Assembly (NCBI GenBank): GCA_002482535.1
Contig: DLGE01000007.1
Span: 129,325-193,324, forward strand
Length of the DNA: 64,000 nt
Origin: Peptococcaceae bacterium UBA7702
GTDB lineage: Bacteria > Bacillota > Dehalobacteriia > UBA7702
Direction: 5' to 3'
Both the position numbers and the translations under genes were made by a program. The notes beneath the pieces are model-generated. The model made no database searches. It was not told the origin of the DNA and was given only the letters and a program-made list of their open reading frames with translations. Below are positions 18,429 through 27,533 of the stretch, in pieces; the stretch's first letter is position 1; each line of letters opens with the position of its first letter.

Positions 18429-19664
18429 ATGAACGCTGAACAAAGACTTGCAGAAAAGTCTCAAAGAATCAAAGATGTTGTCGCCTTAAAGGAACCCGAC
18501 AGAGTCCCCTTTGCCCCAAAAGTCGGCAACTACTATGCGCGCGGCTATGACATATCCATGTACGACGCCATGAAAGACATCAGAAATATCGGCCCCGGCG
18601 TTTATCAATTCCTGGAAGATTTCGATCCCGACCTTGCCTGGGCTCCCGTGCTTTACCCTGCCGACCCCCCGGAAGCGATGGGCAGCACCTATCTGAAAGT
18701 ACCGGGCCCCAACAGCGGCCTCGGCCTCGACGAATCCTTCCAAATCGGCGATAAATTCTTCCTGATGGACGATGAATATGATGAATTCCTCCATGACCCC
18801 AGCCATTTCATGCTGACCAAAGTATATCCCAGAAAATTCAAGGAACTGGAACCTCTGTCCAAAGTCTGTTTCCAAACACCGGTGGAATACGCGCTTTATA
18901 TCGAAAACAGTGTTTTCGCCCAACCCGATGTACAGCAGGCTTTGGAAGCCTTGAAACGCGGCGGCGAGGCTTCCGCCAAATGGCTTAACGGCCTCATGGA
19001 AATCGTCGGCAATATCGCCCAGCGGGGCTTTCCCCTCGGCGCTGCCGGTGCCACCACCTGCGCCTTCGACATGTTCTCCGACAACATCCGTGGCCTGATC
19101 AATTCCATTTCCGATATTTACGCCCGGCCTGATCAGCTCCTGGCCGTCATCGACTACATGACGGAGGTCTGCATCGCAAAAGCCGTGGGAACCTGCAAAG
19201 GGCTGAACCTCGACTATCTTTTCATTCCCCTCCATGCCGGTGTCGACGAATTCATGAGCAGGGAAAACTACAGAAAATTCTACTGGCCCTGCCTGCAAAA
19301 ATTGATGCTTGCCCTGATTGATATTGGCGTAACGCCCTATGCTTTCTGCGAAGGCAAATACAATACGCGCCTGGATATCATCAAGGAAGTACCCAAAGGC
19401 AAAGTCATCTACATGTTTGAAGAAGTGGATATCGCCAACGCCAAAAAGGTTTTGGGCGATACCGCCTGCATCTGCGGAAATCTATCCACGGCCCTTTTGG
19501 CTTACGGCAAAAAGGAACGCGTCGTCGAAGAAACAAAGCGACTCCTCGATACCTGCGCTCCCGGAGGCGGTTTTATCATGGACTGCTCCATTGTTTTGGA
19601 TAACGCCAAACGCGAAAACATGGAGGCATGGTACGAAACCACCATGGAATACGGCAAGTATTGA
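18429..19664 (+). CDS. uroporphyrinogen-decarboxylase-fold methyltransferase (MtaA/MtbA/CmuA family; methylcorrinoid:THF or :CoM methyltransferase type)
   Basis: MNAEQRLAEKSQRIKDVVALKEPDRVPFAPKVGNYYARGYDI... with a URO-D-like fold. GGGAGG lies 7 nt upstream of the ATG at 18429. Confidence 0.8.
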   Translation: MNAEQRLAEKSQRIKDVVALKEPDRVPFAPKVGNYYARGYDISMYDAMKDIRNIGPGVYQFLEDFDPDLAWAPVLYPADPPEAMGSTYLKVPGPNSGLGLDESFQIGDKFFLMDDEYDEFLHDPSHFMLTKVYPRKFKELEPLSKVCFQTPVEYALYIENSVFAQPDVQQALEALKRGGEASAKWLNGLMEIVGNIAQRGFPLGAAGATTCAFDMFSDNIRGLINSISDIYARPDQLLAVIDYMTEVCIAKAVGTCKGLNLDYLFIPLHAGVDEFMSRENYRKFYWPCLQKLMLALIDIGVTPYAFCEGKYNTRLDIIKEVPKGKVIYMFEEVDIANAKKVLGDTACICGNLSTALLAYGKKERVVEETKRLLDTCAPGGGFIMDCSIVLDNAKRENMEAWYETTMEYGKY

Positions 19665-19741
19665 TCATTGAAACCAACCGTAAACAGGAGAAAGGGTGAG
19701 GAGCTTTCGCCCTTTCCCCTGTTAAAAACAAAGGTGATTTT

Positions 19742-20128
19742 ATGGAATATGTTAAAAAAGTCGGACTGGCTTTCCTTTTCGGCGGCGCCGTCGCGATGAT
19801 CACGGAAATCCTGTTTCAGGCGTTGGCCTTTGTCCCCGTCAATCCCTATGAACAGTCCCTCCTGGCTTTGGTCAGCGTAGCCTTCCTCGGCACGCTTTTG
19901 CAGTTTCTCGGCGTATATGCGAAATTCGTAAAGATCTTTGGTTTCGGCGCCATGCTACCCATCGCCGGGCTGCCGCCGGCCATTGCCGGAGCCATTGCGC
20001 GGCTGCGCGGAGAAAACGCCCCCACTGCCCAAATCATCAAAAAGGGGTTTCTGCCCGTCGCCTATGTTCTGCTTTTCGGCATCGGCTTTGCCGTGCTCTA
20101 CGCCGTGATCCTAACTTTACTGATTTAA
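19742..20128 (+). CDS. small polytopic membrane protein, SpoVAC/SpoVAEb-like (tentative)
   Basis: 128 aa with four hydrophobic segments. …FGFGAMLPIAGLPPAIAGAI… weakly resembles the SpoVAC/SpoVAEb core. Confidence 0.35.
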   Translation: MEYVKKVGLAFLFGGAVAMITEILFQALAFVPVNPYEQSLLALVSVAFLGTLLQFLGVYAKFVKIFGFGAMLPIAGLPPAIAGAIARLRGENAPTAQIIKKGFLPVAYVLLFGIGFAVLYAVILTLLI

Positions 20129-20139
20129 GGATACACATC

Positions 20140-20493
20140 ATGATTTATTTATACGCTTTTTTGATTGGCGGTTGCCTTTGCGGACTTTTTCAGTTCCTCT
20201 GGATGACAACAAAAGTCAGCCCCCTCACGCTGCTGAAAATCGGTTTTGCCCTGGCGGCGGTGTTGGCTTCCCTTGGACTCACCGGCAAACTCATAAGTCT
20301 TGCGGGCGCCGGCTTTTTCGTCATGGTCGTCGGCGCCGGAGACGCGGTTTACAGCGGCACCGTCGCCCTGCTCGGCGGCGATCCCATACCGCTTTTGGAA
20401 TTTTTCGCCGTCATCGCCGTTTTGCTTTTATTTGGCCTTAGCTGCGGTTACCTCACCCCAGTCGCGTCAAAAAAACAAAGACGCGAACAATAG
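20140..20493 (+). CDS. small polytopic membrane protein, SpoVAEb-like (tentative); TAG stop
   Basis: MIYLYAFLIGGCLCGLFQFL… resembles the SpoVAEb N-terminus (…FLVGGVICVIGQLL…). Ends in TAG. Confidence 0.35.
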   Translation: MIYLYAFLIGGCLCGLFQFLWMTTKVSPLTLLKIGFALAAVLASLGLTGKLISLAGAGFFVMVVGAGDAVYSGTVALLGGDPIPLLEFFAVIAVLLLFGLSCGYLTPVASKKQRREQ

Positions 20494-20585
20494 CGGCAAA
20501 GTTCTTTTGCGGATCACCATTCCAATACCGCAAATTATTTTTTTCGGTATGACACATCGTTAAAGGACTGTATTGCCCACAATAC

Positions 20586-20640
20586 AGATAAAAGTCCAGG
20601 TTCCGGCATACCTATAGGTATGCCGGAACCTGGACTTTTC
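20586..20640 (+). terminator. very long perfect-palindrome hairpin terminator
   Basis: aaaagtccaggttccggcatacctataggtatgccggaacctggacttttcc is a 24-bp perfect stem, followed by attttt. Confidence 0.6.
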
Positions 20641-20863
20641 CATTTTTAGGGCAGAAAGTTCGCCGTGTATGTTAAAGAGTGTAAATATCAAATCTTGTCA
20701 ACGTCCCCTTCTTTTAAAATGGACAATTGACCATTGACGCATCTAATAGTATGATAATAAGAAGAAAGGTAAACCTAAGCAATAATCACAAAGACAGCAG
20801 AAATCTTCCAAAAAGTCGGAAAACCAAGAAAGCAAAGAAGAGCATTGAGAGGAGAACGTATTG

Positions 20864-22750
20864 ATGGCCTATACGTTTCAGGAATCATATATTCGCGTCG
20901 CCACGGCTTGTCCCTTGGTGTCCATTGCCAATCCCGCAGAAAACGGGAAAAGAATCGCCGAAATTTACGAAAAAGCGGCTAAAAAGGAAGCAAGCATCGT
21001 CTGCTTCCCGGAATTGGCCGTCACCGGCTATACTTTGGGCGATCTGATCCAGCAAAATCGGCTGCTTCTCGAGGCCAAAGAGGCTCTGCTGCGCCTGGCC
21101 GCCGCAACGAAGGGCCGCGCCACCGCCGCCATCGTTGGCCTGCCTTTGGCGGTTAATGACAATCTTTACGATGTCGCCGCCTTTTTGGCTGACGGCGAGA
21201 TCAAAGGCATCGTGCCCAAATCCAATTTGCCCTCTTACAATGAATTTTATGAAAACCGCTGGTTTCAAACGTGGAAGGACGAAAATATCCGCATTGACCT
21301 AAAGGGCAAAAAAGTTCCCTTTGGCACGAAGCTGCTCTTCGATGCCGATGACGTGCTTTGCGGCATTGAAATTTGCGAAGACCTTTGGGTCGCCGGTCAA
21401 CCCAGTGATTTTCTAACCAAAAACGGCGCCAAAATCATTTTCAATCCCAGCGCCTCACCGGAACAGATTGGCAAGGCCACCTACCGCCGGGATCTCGTGA
21501 AAATGCAGTCGGCGCGCTTGATCTGTGGTTATATCTACACCGGCTGCGACCAAAGTGAATCCACCGCCGAAATCGTCATGGGCGGCCATCAGATCATTGC
21601 CGCCAACGGCAGGGTATTGGCGGAAAAACAACCTTTTGAATCCAGGGAATTGCTCCTTACCGATATTGACCTCGATCATTTGGCATATGATCGCCGAAGA
21701 CAGAAGTTCCAAACCCTTCACGGAGTAAATGGGGTCGAAGTCATCGAAACATCGTTACAACGCCGTCAAACCGACCTTTTGACGAAAATCGAACAAAGCC
21801 CCTTCCTCCCCACAGAAACCGCGGCGAAGCGCCGGGAACGCCTGGACACGGTCATCGCCATTCAGGCCCAAGGCCTTGCCAAACGGTTGATCACCACCAA
21901 AAACAAACGGCTTGTCCTGGGTCTTTCCGGCGGTCTCGATTCTACCTTGGCCCTTCTCGTGGCCATGGAAGCGGCCAAAGTCATCGGCCAAAAACCCGGC
22001 GACACCATCACCGCCATCACCATGCCCGGCCCGGCCAGCAGCAGCCGCACCCAAGACAACGCGGCAAACCTTGCCTCAGCTCTCGGCATCCCCTGGGAAA
22101 CCATTCCCATCGGGCCGATCATTGAAAGAGAATTTGAAGCCTTGAAACACGGCGGCGAGCAGGACATCGCCTACGAAAACATTCAGGCCAGAGCCCGCAC
22201 CAGCATTTTATTTAATTACGCCAATATGAGGGAACATCCCGCCATCGTACTGGGCACCGGCGACCTCTCAGAAATCGCCTTGGGCTGGTCCACCTATAAC
22301 GCCGATCAGCAATCCCACTATAATGTCAATGCCGGCGTACCGAAAACCATGGTACGGGCCCTCGTAAGCCATTACGCCGAAAGGCTGAATGAAGCGGCCT
22401 CGGCCATCGTTGCCGATATCGTGGCCACACCGATCTCGCCGGAACTGACAAAGGATGACAGCAAAACCATCAGCCAAAGTACGGAAGATATCATCGGCCC
22501 TTATGAACTTCACGACTTCTTCCTCTACTACCAACAGCGTTGGGGCGATACCCCGGAAAAAATCGCCGCTTTGGCAAAGGAGGCCTTCGGCGAAAAATAC
22601 AGTGCTGAAACCATCGAAAAGTGGCTCACCGCCTTCATCAGAAGATTCAGAACCAGCCAATTCAAGCGGGACAACATGCCCAACGGTCCTAAAATCGGTG
22701 CGGTAAGCCTAAGCCCCCGGGGCGACTGGCGTATGCCCTCTGATCTCTGA
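20864..22750 (+). CDS. nadE: glutamine-dependent NAD+ synthetase (N-terminal nitrilase domain plus C-terminal NAD synthetase domain)
   Basis: MAYTFQESYIRVATACPLVSIANPAENGKRIAEIYEKA… (CN-hydrolase domain) plus …LVLGLSGGLDSTLALLVA… (PP-loop). RBS GAGAGGAG. Confidence 0.9.
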   Translation: MAYTFQESYIRVATACPLVSIANPAENGKRIAEIYEKAAKKEASIVCFPELAVTGYTLGDLIQQNRLLLEAKEALLRLAAATKGRATAAIVGLPLAVNDNLYDVAAFLADGEIKGIVPKSNLPSYNEFYENRWFQTWKDENIRIDLKGKKVPFGTKLLFDADDVLCGIEICEDLWVAGQPSDFLTKNGAKIIFNPSASPEQIGKATYRRDLVKMQSARLICGYIYTGCDQSESTAEIVMGGHQIIAANGRVLAEKQPFESRELLLTDIDLDHLAYDRRRQKFQTLHGVNGVEVIETSLQRRQTDLLTKIEQSPFLPTETAAKRRERLDTVIAIQAQGLAKRLITTKNKRLVLGLSGGLDSTLALLVAMEAAKVIGQKPGDTITAITMPGPASSSRTQDNAANLASALGIPWETIPIGPIIEREFEALKHGGEQDIAYENIQARARTSILFNYANMREHPAIVLGTGDLSEIALGWSTYNADQQSHYNVNAGVPKTMVRALVSHYAERLNEAASAIVADIVATPISPELTKDDSKTISQSTEDIIGPYELHDFFLYYQQRWGDTPEKIAALAKEAFGEKYSAETIEKWLTAFIRRFRTSQFKRDNMPNGPKIGAVSLSPRGDWRMPSDL

Positions 22751-22767
22751 TTTCTCATAAAAAGTAA

Positions 22768-22822
22768 AGGGTGTCCCCTTCCCCTAAGTCCATGAACTTA
22801 CGGTCTTGGGACACCCTCTTTT
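22768..22822 (+). terminator. terminator hairpin (agggtgtccc…gggacaccct)
   Basis: Inverted repeat followed by cttttcgc. A near-identical stem motif recurs at 43168-43207. Confidence 0.5.
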
Positions 22823-22842
22823 CGCTAAACTTTTTGGTTTGT

Positions 22843-23130
22843 TTACTTTTTCCGTTTCGGATTTGCCGGAAACCAACCTTTTTTGACCCGCTCTGCCTGA
22901 TGTTTCAGCTCAAGAACGCTCCAAAGCAGGGTGAAGCCCAATATCGCCAACGTCGCGCCAAAGAGGATGTTTGCAACGAAAAGCGAAGCCGCACAGCAGA
23001 TCAGACCGGCGATCAGGAAGACCGGCCAAATGCCGCTGCCGCAATAATATTCGCATTTGATGACGACGGGATGAAAAAGCCCGATCAGCAAAAAAGCGAT
23101 GGCACCGATGATGATTCCGGTCCAGTACAT
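22843..23130 (-). CDS. small membrane protein (95 aa)
   Basis: MYWTGIIIGAIAFLLIGLFHPVVIKCEYY… has three TM segments and a basic C-terminus. Confidence 0.4.
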   Translation of the reverse strand: MYWTGIIIGAIAFLLIGLFHPVVIKCEYYCGSGIWPVFLIAGLICCAASLFVANILFGATLAILGFTLLWSVLELKHQAERVKKGWFPANPKRKK

Positions 23131-23142
23131 ATCGTCTCCTCC

Positions 23143-23934
23143 TTAATCCATCAGACCAAAGTGCCGCAACGCAAGGTCCACGCCGTCATCATGAACGTCA
23201 GCAGTGATATAGTCCGCCGCCGCTTTCAAATCGGGATGGCCGTTGCCCATGGCCACAGAGATTTTGGCGGCTTTGAGCATCTCCATATCGTTGAGACCGT
23301 CGCCGAAAGCCATCACTTCATCCCAGGTCAAACCGTAGTGAGCAAGGAACTTTTCAATGCCCACTACCTTTCCCCCGGCTTTCGGAATCATATCATTGGT
23401 ATATTTGCCCCAATTGGCCCCTTGGGTCTCAGGCATATGGGATAAAAGCAGTGTTAGCGTTTCCTCTTCACAAATAGGGATCAACTGATAAAAATCGTGT
23501 TCCTCCAGACCGTCGAGACCGCGAAAGGCAGGGACTTCAATGGATACGGTCTCCATGATCATTTTCAGCTTTTCATCAAGATAATTTCCGTAGATGGCGT
23601 CCTCTTCCTCAAAAATGCACGGAAAAGGGTGTTCGCGCATATAGTCCAGAAGAAAAGTGATGTCACCGCGGTTTAAAGACTGTTTCCAGATCACCGGGTC
23701 TTTCTCCCTGTTTAGATAGCAATATTGCCCGTTCAACGCCGCGAAACCGTCCATTTCGACACCTTTTAACAGCGGTGAACCGTCCATTTCCAGCTTATGC
23801 CGGCCGGTGGCAAGAAATGTTTTAACTCCCTTTTTTCTGACCTGACATAGGGCTTTCTTGGTGGATTCCGGTACAATGCCCTCTGGGTGGGCCACAAGGG
23901 TTCCGTCCATATCGAAAAAAATTGCTTTGATCAT
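23143..23934 (-). CDS. Cof-type HAD-IIB family hydrolase (sugar-phosphatase type)
   Basis: MIKAIFFDMDGTLV… (motif I DxDGT) and …GDGLNDMEML… (motif IV). RBS AAGGAG. Confidence 0.8.
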   Translation of the reverse strand: MIKAIFFDMDGTLVAHPEGIVPESTKKALCQVRKKGVKTFLATGRHKLEMDGSPLLKGVEMDGFAALNGQYCYLNREKDPVIWKQSLNRGDITFLLDYMREHPFPCIFEEEDAIYGNYLDEKLKMIMETVSIEVPAFRGLDGLEEHDFYQLIPICEEETLTLLLSHMPETQGANWGKYTNDMIPKAGGKVVGIEKFLAHYGLTWDEVMAFGDGLNDMEMLKAAKISVAMGNGHPDLKAAADYITADVHDDGVDLALRHFGLMD

Positions 23935-24120
23935 CTGCTTTCTCCTTTTGACGTATTGTCTCCCTAAGTATATCCTTCGTCAAATTTCCTGTCAATCCGC
24001 CTTTTTCCATGGTAAAATAGAAAACGTAACCGGCAGTTGACAAAAAACAACGCACCCTTGGTAGATTGACCGGCGGCATTTTTGCTAAAATAACCATGAA
24101 AAAGAAAGGAAGTGAACCCG

Positions 24121-24738
24121 ATGAAGATGGGAGACAGAATTCAAGCTCTGCGGAAAGCAAAAGGCCTTTCCCAGGAACAACTCGCCGAAAAAATCGGCGT
24201 TTCCCGGCAAGCGGTATCGAAATGGGAAAGCGAACAGAGTATCCCGGAACTGGATAAAGTGATGATGCTCAGCGATTTTTTTGATGTTACCACCGACTAT
24301 CTTTTAAAGGGCGTTGCCATTGAGTCCCCCTCGGCGGCGAAAAAAATAGATGCCCACATCTTTATGATGGCAGCCACGGCCCTAAACTTCATGGGCCTGA
24401 TCATCGCCGCTGCCGTTTGGTATGAAGAGCAGGTCGCCATGGCCCTTGTGATCGGACTGATCTTTATCGCTTTGGGCGTCATGGTTTTCGGCATTGGCCT
24501 TTATAGTTCCAGTGAACAGTCAAAAGCACCGGCAAAACGGAGTTTTTGGCTGATCAATATTTGGATCATCCCTTTTATTCCCCTGGCTTTTGTTTACAAT
24601 ATTTTGGTCAGCGGTCTTATTGCTCCTTATCCCCTGCTGGTAAATTCCTTTTTCTATCTGGGCCTTTTCTGGCTTGTCTATTTTGCCATCGGCCTGACCG
24701 TCGTTTACCAGCTGCTGAAAAAGAAAAATAAGGTATAG
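24121..24738 (+). CDS. XRE-family HTH regulator with C-terminal membrane domain; TAG stop
   Basis: [51 protein letters not shown]… followed by four hydrophobic helices. Confidence 0.7.
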   Translation: MKMGDRIQALRKAKGLSQEQLAEKIGVSRQAVSKWESEQSIPELDKVMMLSDFFDVTTDYLLKGVAIESPSAAKKIDAHIFMMAATALNFMGLIIAAAVWYEEQVAMALVIGLIFIALGVMVFGIGLYSSSEQSKAPAKRSFWLINIWIIPFIPLAFVYNILVSGLIAPYPLLVNSFFYLGLFWLVYFAIGLTVVYQLLKKKNKV

Positions 24739-24864
24739 AATACGTCGTAGTTAGGCGCTATCATAAAACAAATATTTTCCCCTGTGAAGGGAATGCTATT
24801 GTCATGTGACGAAATATACCGTGTTCGACCCCAATTACGGGTCGTTGAAAAGGAGGTCATTACC

Positions 24865-25053
24865 ATGAAAGCTGTCATTGATCGAGAGGGCTGCATTGCC
24901 TGTGAACTCTGTGTCGATACCTGCCCGGAAGTCTTCCGCATGGCCGAAGACGGCTATGCCGAAGTGATTGTGGATGAAATTCCCGCTGACGCCGAGGATC
25001 GCGCCATTGAATCCCAGGAAGGTTGCCCGGAATCGGTCATTACCGTATCGTAA
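24865..25053 (+). CDS. fdx: small [4Fe-4S] ferredoxin (62 aa)
   Basis: MKAVIDREGCIACELCVDTCPEVF… …EGCPESVITVS has a CxxCxxC…CP motif. RBS GAAAAGGAGG. Confidence 0.75.
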   Translation: MKAVIDREGCIACELCVDTCPEVFRMAEDGYAEVIVDEIPADAEDRAIESQEGCPESVITVS

Positions 25054-25082
25054 CAGCACTTTCCCCCTAAAATCAAAAACAC

Positions 25083-25122
25083 CGGACGTGTCAACAACAA
25101 TAGACACGCCCGGTTTTTGGAT
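25083..25122 (+). terminator. rho-independent terminator
   Basis: ccggacgtgtcaacaacaatagacacgcccgg followed by ttttt. Confidence 0.55.
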
Positions 25123-25467
25123 TAATTCACTTGACGAAACCACAGATGTTCCCGGGGGCCATCGGCAGCGGCGCTTTGCCCGTAGCTTATTTCGGCGTCG
25201 CCGAACGCTTTAGTGTTTTTGCCGCCGCCGGCTTTACCGCGGTTTTAGGTTATGAGCTGTTCATCGCCTTTGACCTCATGGAGGAAAAATAACAGACCGG
25301 GGATTTTTGCATAGAATATCAAACAAAGGAAACCGCAAGGAATCATCCTTGCGGTTTCCGGCGTATTGTGTCCGTTTTACATCATATAAAAATTATTTTA
25401 AAATAACCCTTGCCTTTTCTAAAAAACTGTGTTAGGATAAGTAAAATTATTCCTTCAGGAGCATGAC

Positions 25468-25622
25468 ATGATCAACCTCAGCCCCGCAACCGAATATCGC
25501 TTTTTCGGCTTTACCTATTACTTTGGTAAGGCTTATTTCGGTTTGGCTGAAACAGTGTTAACCTGCTCTTGATCTGATTTAAGGCACGTAACCCGCAGCC
25601 AGCCGGCTGCGGGTTTTTTGTA
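25468..25622 (+). promoter_or_regulatory. candidate leader-peptide transcription attenuator (Phe/Tyr-rich 34-codon leader ORF plus intrinsic terminator) upstream of aroF-tyrA-pheA
   Basis: AGGAG RBS then ATG at 25468. The peptide is MINLSPATEYRFFGFTYYFGKAYFGLAETVLTCS (5 Phe and 4 Tyr, clustered). The stop at 25570 is followed by cccgcagccagccggctgcggg plus tttttt (25593-25620), then the aroF RBS. Confidence 0.45.
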
Positions 25623-25640
25623 TTTCGGGAGGTAAAAGAT

Positions 25641-26654
25641 ATGATTGTCATTTTAAAAAAAGATCCCAACAAAGAACAGTTGGAAAGTCTCATTGATTGG
25701 CTGAAAGAAAAAGGGCTGCAAATCCATGTCAGCGTCGGCGTATCCCAGATGATTCTGGGCTTGGTGGGGGACACTTCTACCTTGGATATCGACTTGATCT
25801 CCGCTTTGGATATCGTCGAAGACGTGAAACGCGTTCAGGAACCCTACAAAAAAGCCAACCGCAAATTTCACCCCGGGGATACGGTGGTCAAAGTCGGCAA
25901 TACGCAAATCGGCGGCGGCAATCTCACCGTCATGGCGGGACCCTGTTCCGTGGAAAGCGAAGCGCAAATCGTCGCTGTAGCCCGAGCCGTCAAAGACAGT
26001 GGCGCGACCATGCTTCGAGGCGGCGCTTTCAAACCGCGGACTTCTCCCTATGCCTTTCAGGGCATGGGCGCGGAAGGTTTGGAACTGCTAAAGCTGGCCC
26101 GAGCTGAAACAGGTCTGCCCATTGTGACCGAAATCATGGATACCGCCCAGATCGACCTCTTTGCCGACGTCGATGTCATCCAAGTCGGCGCGCGGAACAT
26201 GCAAAACTTTAATTTGCTGAAGCTCTTGGGCCGCCAAGAAAAGCCCGTGATGATCAAGCGCGGCCTCTCCTCCACCTATGAAGAGTGGCTGATGAGCGCC
26301 GAATACGTCATGGCCGAAGGCAATAAAAACGTCATCCTCTGCGAGCGGGGCATTCGCACCTTTGAAAAATTTACCCGCAATACTTTGGATATTGCCGCGA
26401 TTCCCGTATTGCGCCGCCTGACCCATCTGCCCATCATCATTGATCCCAGCCACGCCACGGGGAAGGCCTTTTTGGTGCCTGACTGCGCCAGGGCGGCGGT
26501 GGCCGCCGGTACCGACGGCCTATTGATCGAGGTCCACAACGATCCGGAACACGCCTTATCCGACGGCCCCCAATCCCTGCGGCCGGAGGCTTTCGACAAG
26601 CTGACAAAGAAATTACTGGCACTGCATGCCTTTATCAAAGAGCAGGAGGCTTAA
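25641..26654 (+). CDS. aroF: 3-deoxy-7-phosphoheptulonate (DAHP) synthase, type I-beta with N-terminal regulatory domain
   Basis: …GGNLTVMAGPCSVESEAQIVAVARAVKDSGATMLRGGAFKPRTSPYAFQGMG… is the KDSR/DAHPS I-beta signature. RBS GGGAGG. Confidence 0.9.
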   Translation: MIVILKKDPNKEQLESLIDWLKEKGLQIHVSVGVSQMILGLVGDTSTLDIDLISALDIVEDVKRVQEPYKKANRKFHPGDTVVKVGNTQIGGGNLTVMAGPCSVESEAQIVAVARAVKDSGATMLRGGAFKPRTSPYAFQGMGAEGLELLKLARAETGLPIVTEIMDTAQIDLFADVDVIQVGARNMQNFNLLKLLGRQEKPVMIKRGLSSTYEEWLMSAEYVMAEGNKNVILCERGIRTFEKFTRNTLDIAAIPVLRRLTHLPIIIDPSHATGKAFLVPDCARAAVAAGTDGLLIEVHNDPEHALSDGPQSLRPEAFDKLTKKLLALHAFIKEQEA

Positions 26655-26655
26655 C

Positions 26656-27492
26656 ATGAACATCGCCATCGTCGGCTTGGGGCTGATCGGCGGCTCCTTT
26701 GCCAAAAGCATCAAAGCGCGCACCGCCCATAGGGTATGGGGAACGGATATTGATCATGAAACCATGACCTTAGCCCGGCTCTGCGGCGCCATCGACGCTC
26801 CCTTAGAGGAAGAGAAGCTAAAAGACTGCGACCTGATCCTCGTCGCCCTCTGCCCCGCGGCTGCCATCACCTGGGTGCAGGAACACAGCGGGCAGATTTC
26901 CGCTAAGACCACCGTCGTCGATCTTTGCGGCATTAAGCGGGAAGTTTGCGCCGCCCTTACGCCCATCGCGGAAACAAAGGGCTTTTCCTTCATTGGCGGG
27001 CACCCTATGGCCGGCAGTGAACGGGGCGGCTTTGTCAATGCCAAAGACAATCTTTTCTGCGGCGCCGCCATGATCTTAACACCCCTGGAGACAACGGACA
27101 TCCATCTTTTGGAGGATTTAAAACGCTTCTTTACCGACGTCGGCTTTGGCAGCCTGACCTTTGCCACCCCGGAGGAACACGACCGTATCATTGCCTTTAC
27201 CTCCCAGCTGGCGCACATCACCTCCAGCGCCTATATCAAATCTCCGGAAGCTCAAAGGAACAGGGGCTTTGCCGCCGGCAGCTACCGGGATATGACCCGG
27301 GTAGCGCTGTTGGATGAAGCCATGTGGACGGAGCTGTTCCTTGCCAACAAGGATTTTCTGACCGAGGAGCTTTCCCTGCTCATCGAGAATTTAAAGGAGT
27401 ACCTCGCCGCCTTAAAAGAGGGAGACGCCCAACAATTACGCGCCCTTTTGAAAGATGGCCGGGAAAAGAAAGCCACTGCCGGCGGCAACTGA
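26656..27492 (+). CDS. tyrA: prephenate dehydrogenase
   Basis: MNIAIVGLGLIGGSFAKSIK… has a Rossmann GxGxxG motif and is colinear with TyrA. Coupled to aroF (its stop TAA shares A with the ATG). Confidence 0.85.
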   Translation: MNIAIVGLGLIGGSFAKSIKARTAHRVWGTDIDHETMTLARLCGAIDAPLEEEKLKDCDLILVALCPAAAITWVQEHSGQISAKTTVVDLCGIKREVCAALTPIAETKGFSFIGGHPMAGSERGGFVNAKDNLFCGAAMILTPLETTDIHLLEDLKRFFTDVGFGSLTFATPEEHDRIIAFTSQLAHITSSAYIKSPEAQRNRGFAAGSYRDMTRVALLDEAMWTELFLANKDFLTEELSLLIENLKEYLAALKEGDAQQLRALLKDGREKKATAGGN

Positions 27493-27533
27493 CAGGCTGA
27501 CGGGAAAACTGATATCGACACTGGAGGATCATA

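Noticed and set aside
25146-25292. 48-codon ORF (MFPGAIGSGALPVAYFGVAERFSVFAAAGFTAVLGYELFIAFDLMEEK) with its own downstream hairpin
   Set aside because: It looks like the C-terminal fragment of a membrane protein. It may be a gene remnant, and there is too little evidence to call a CDS.
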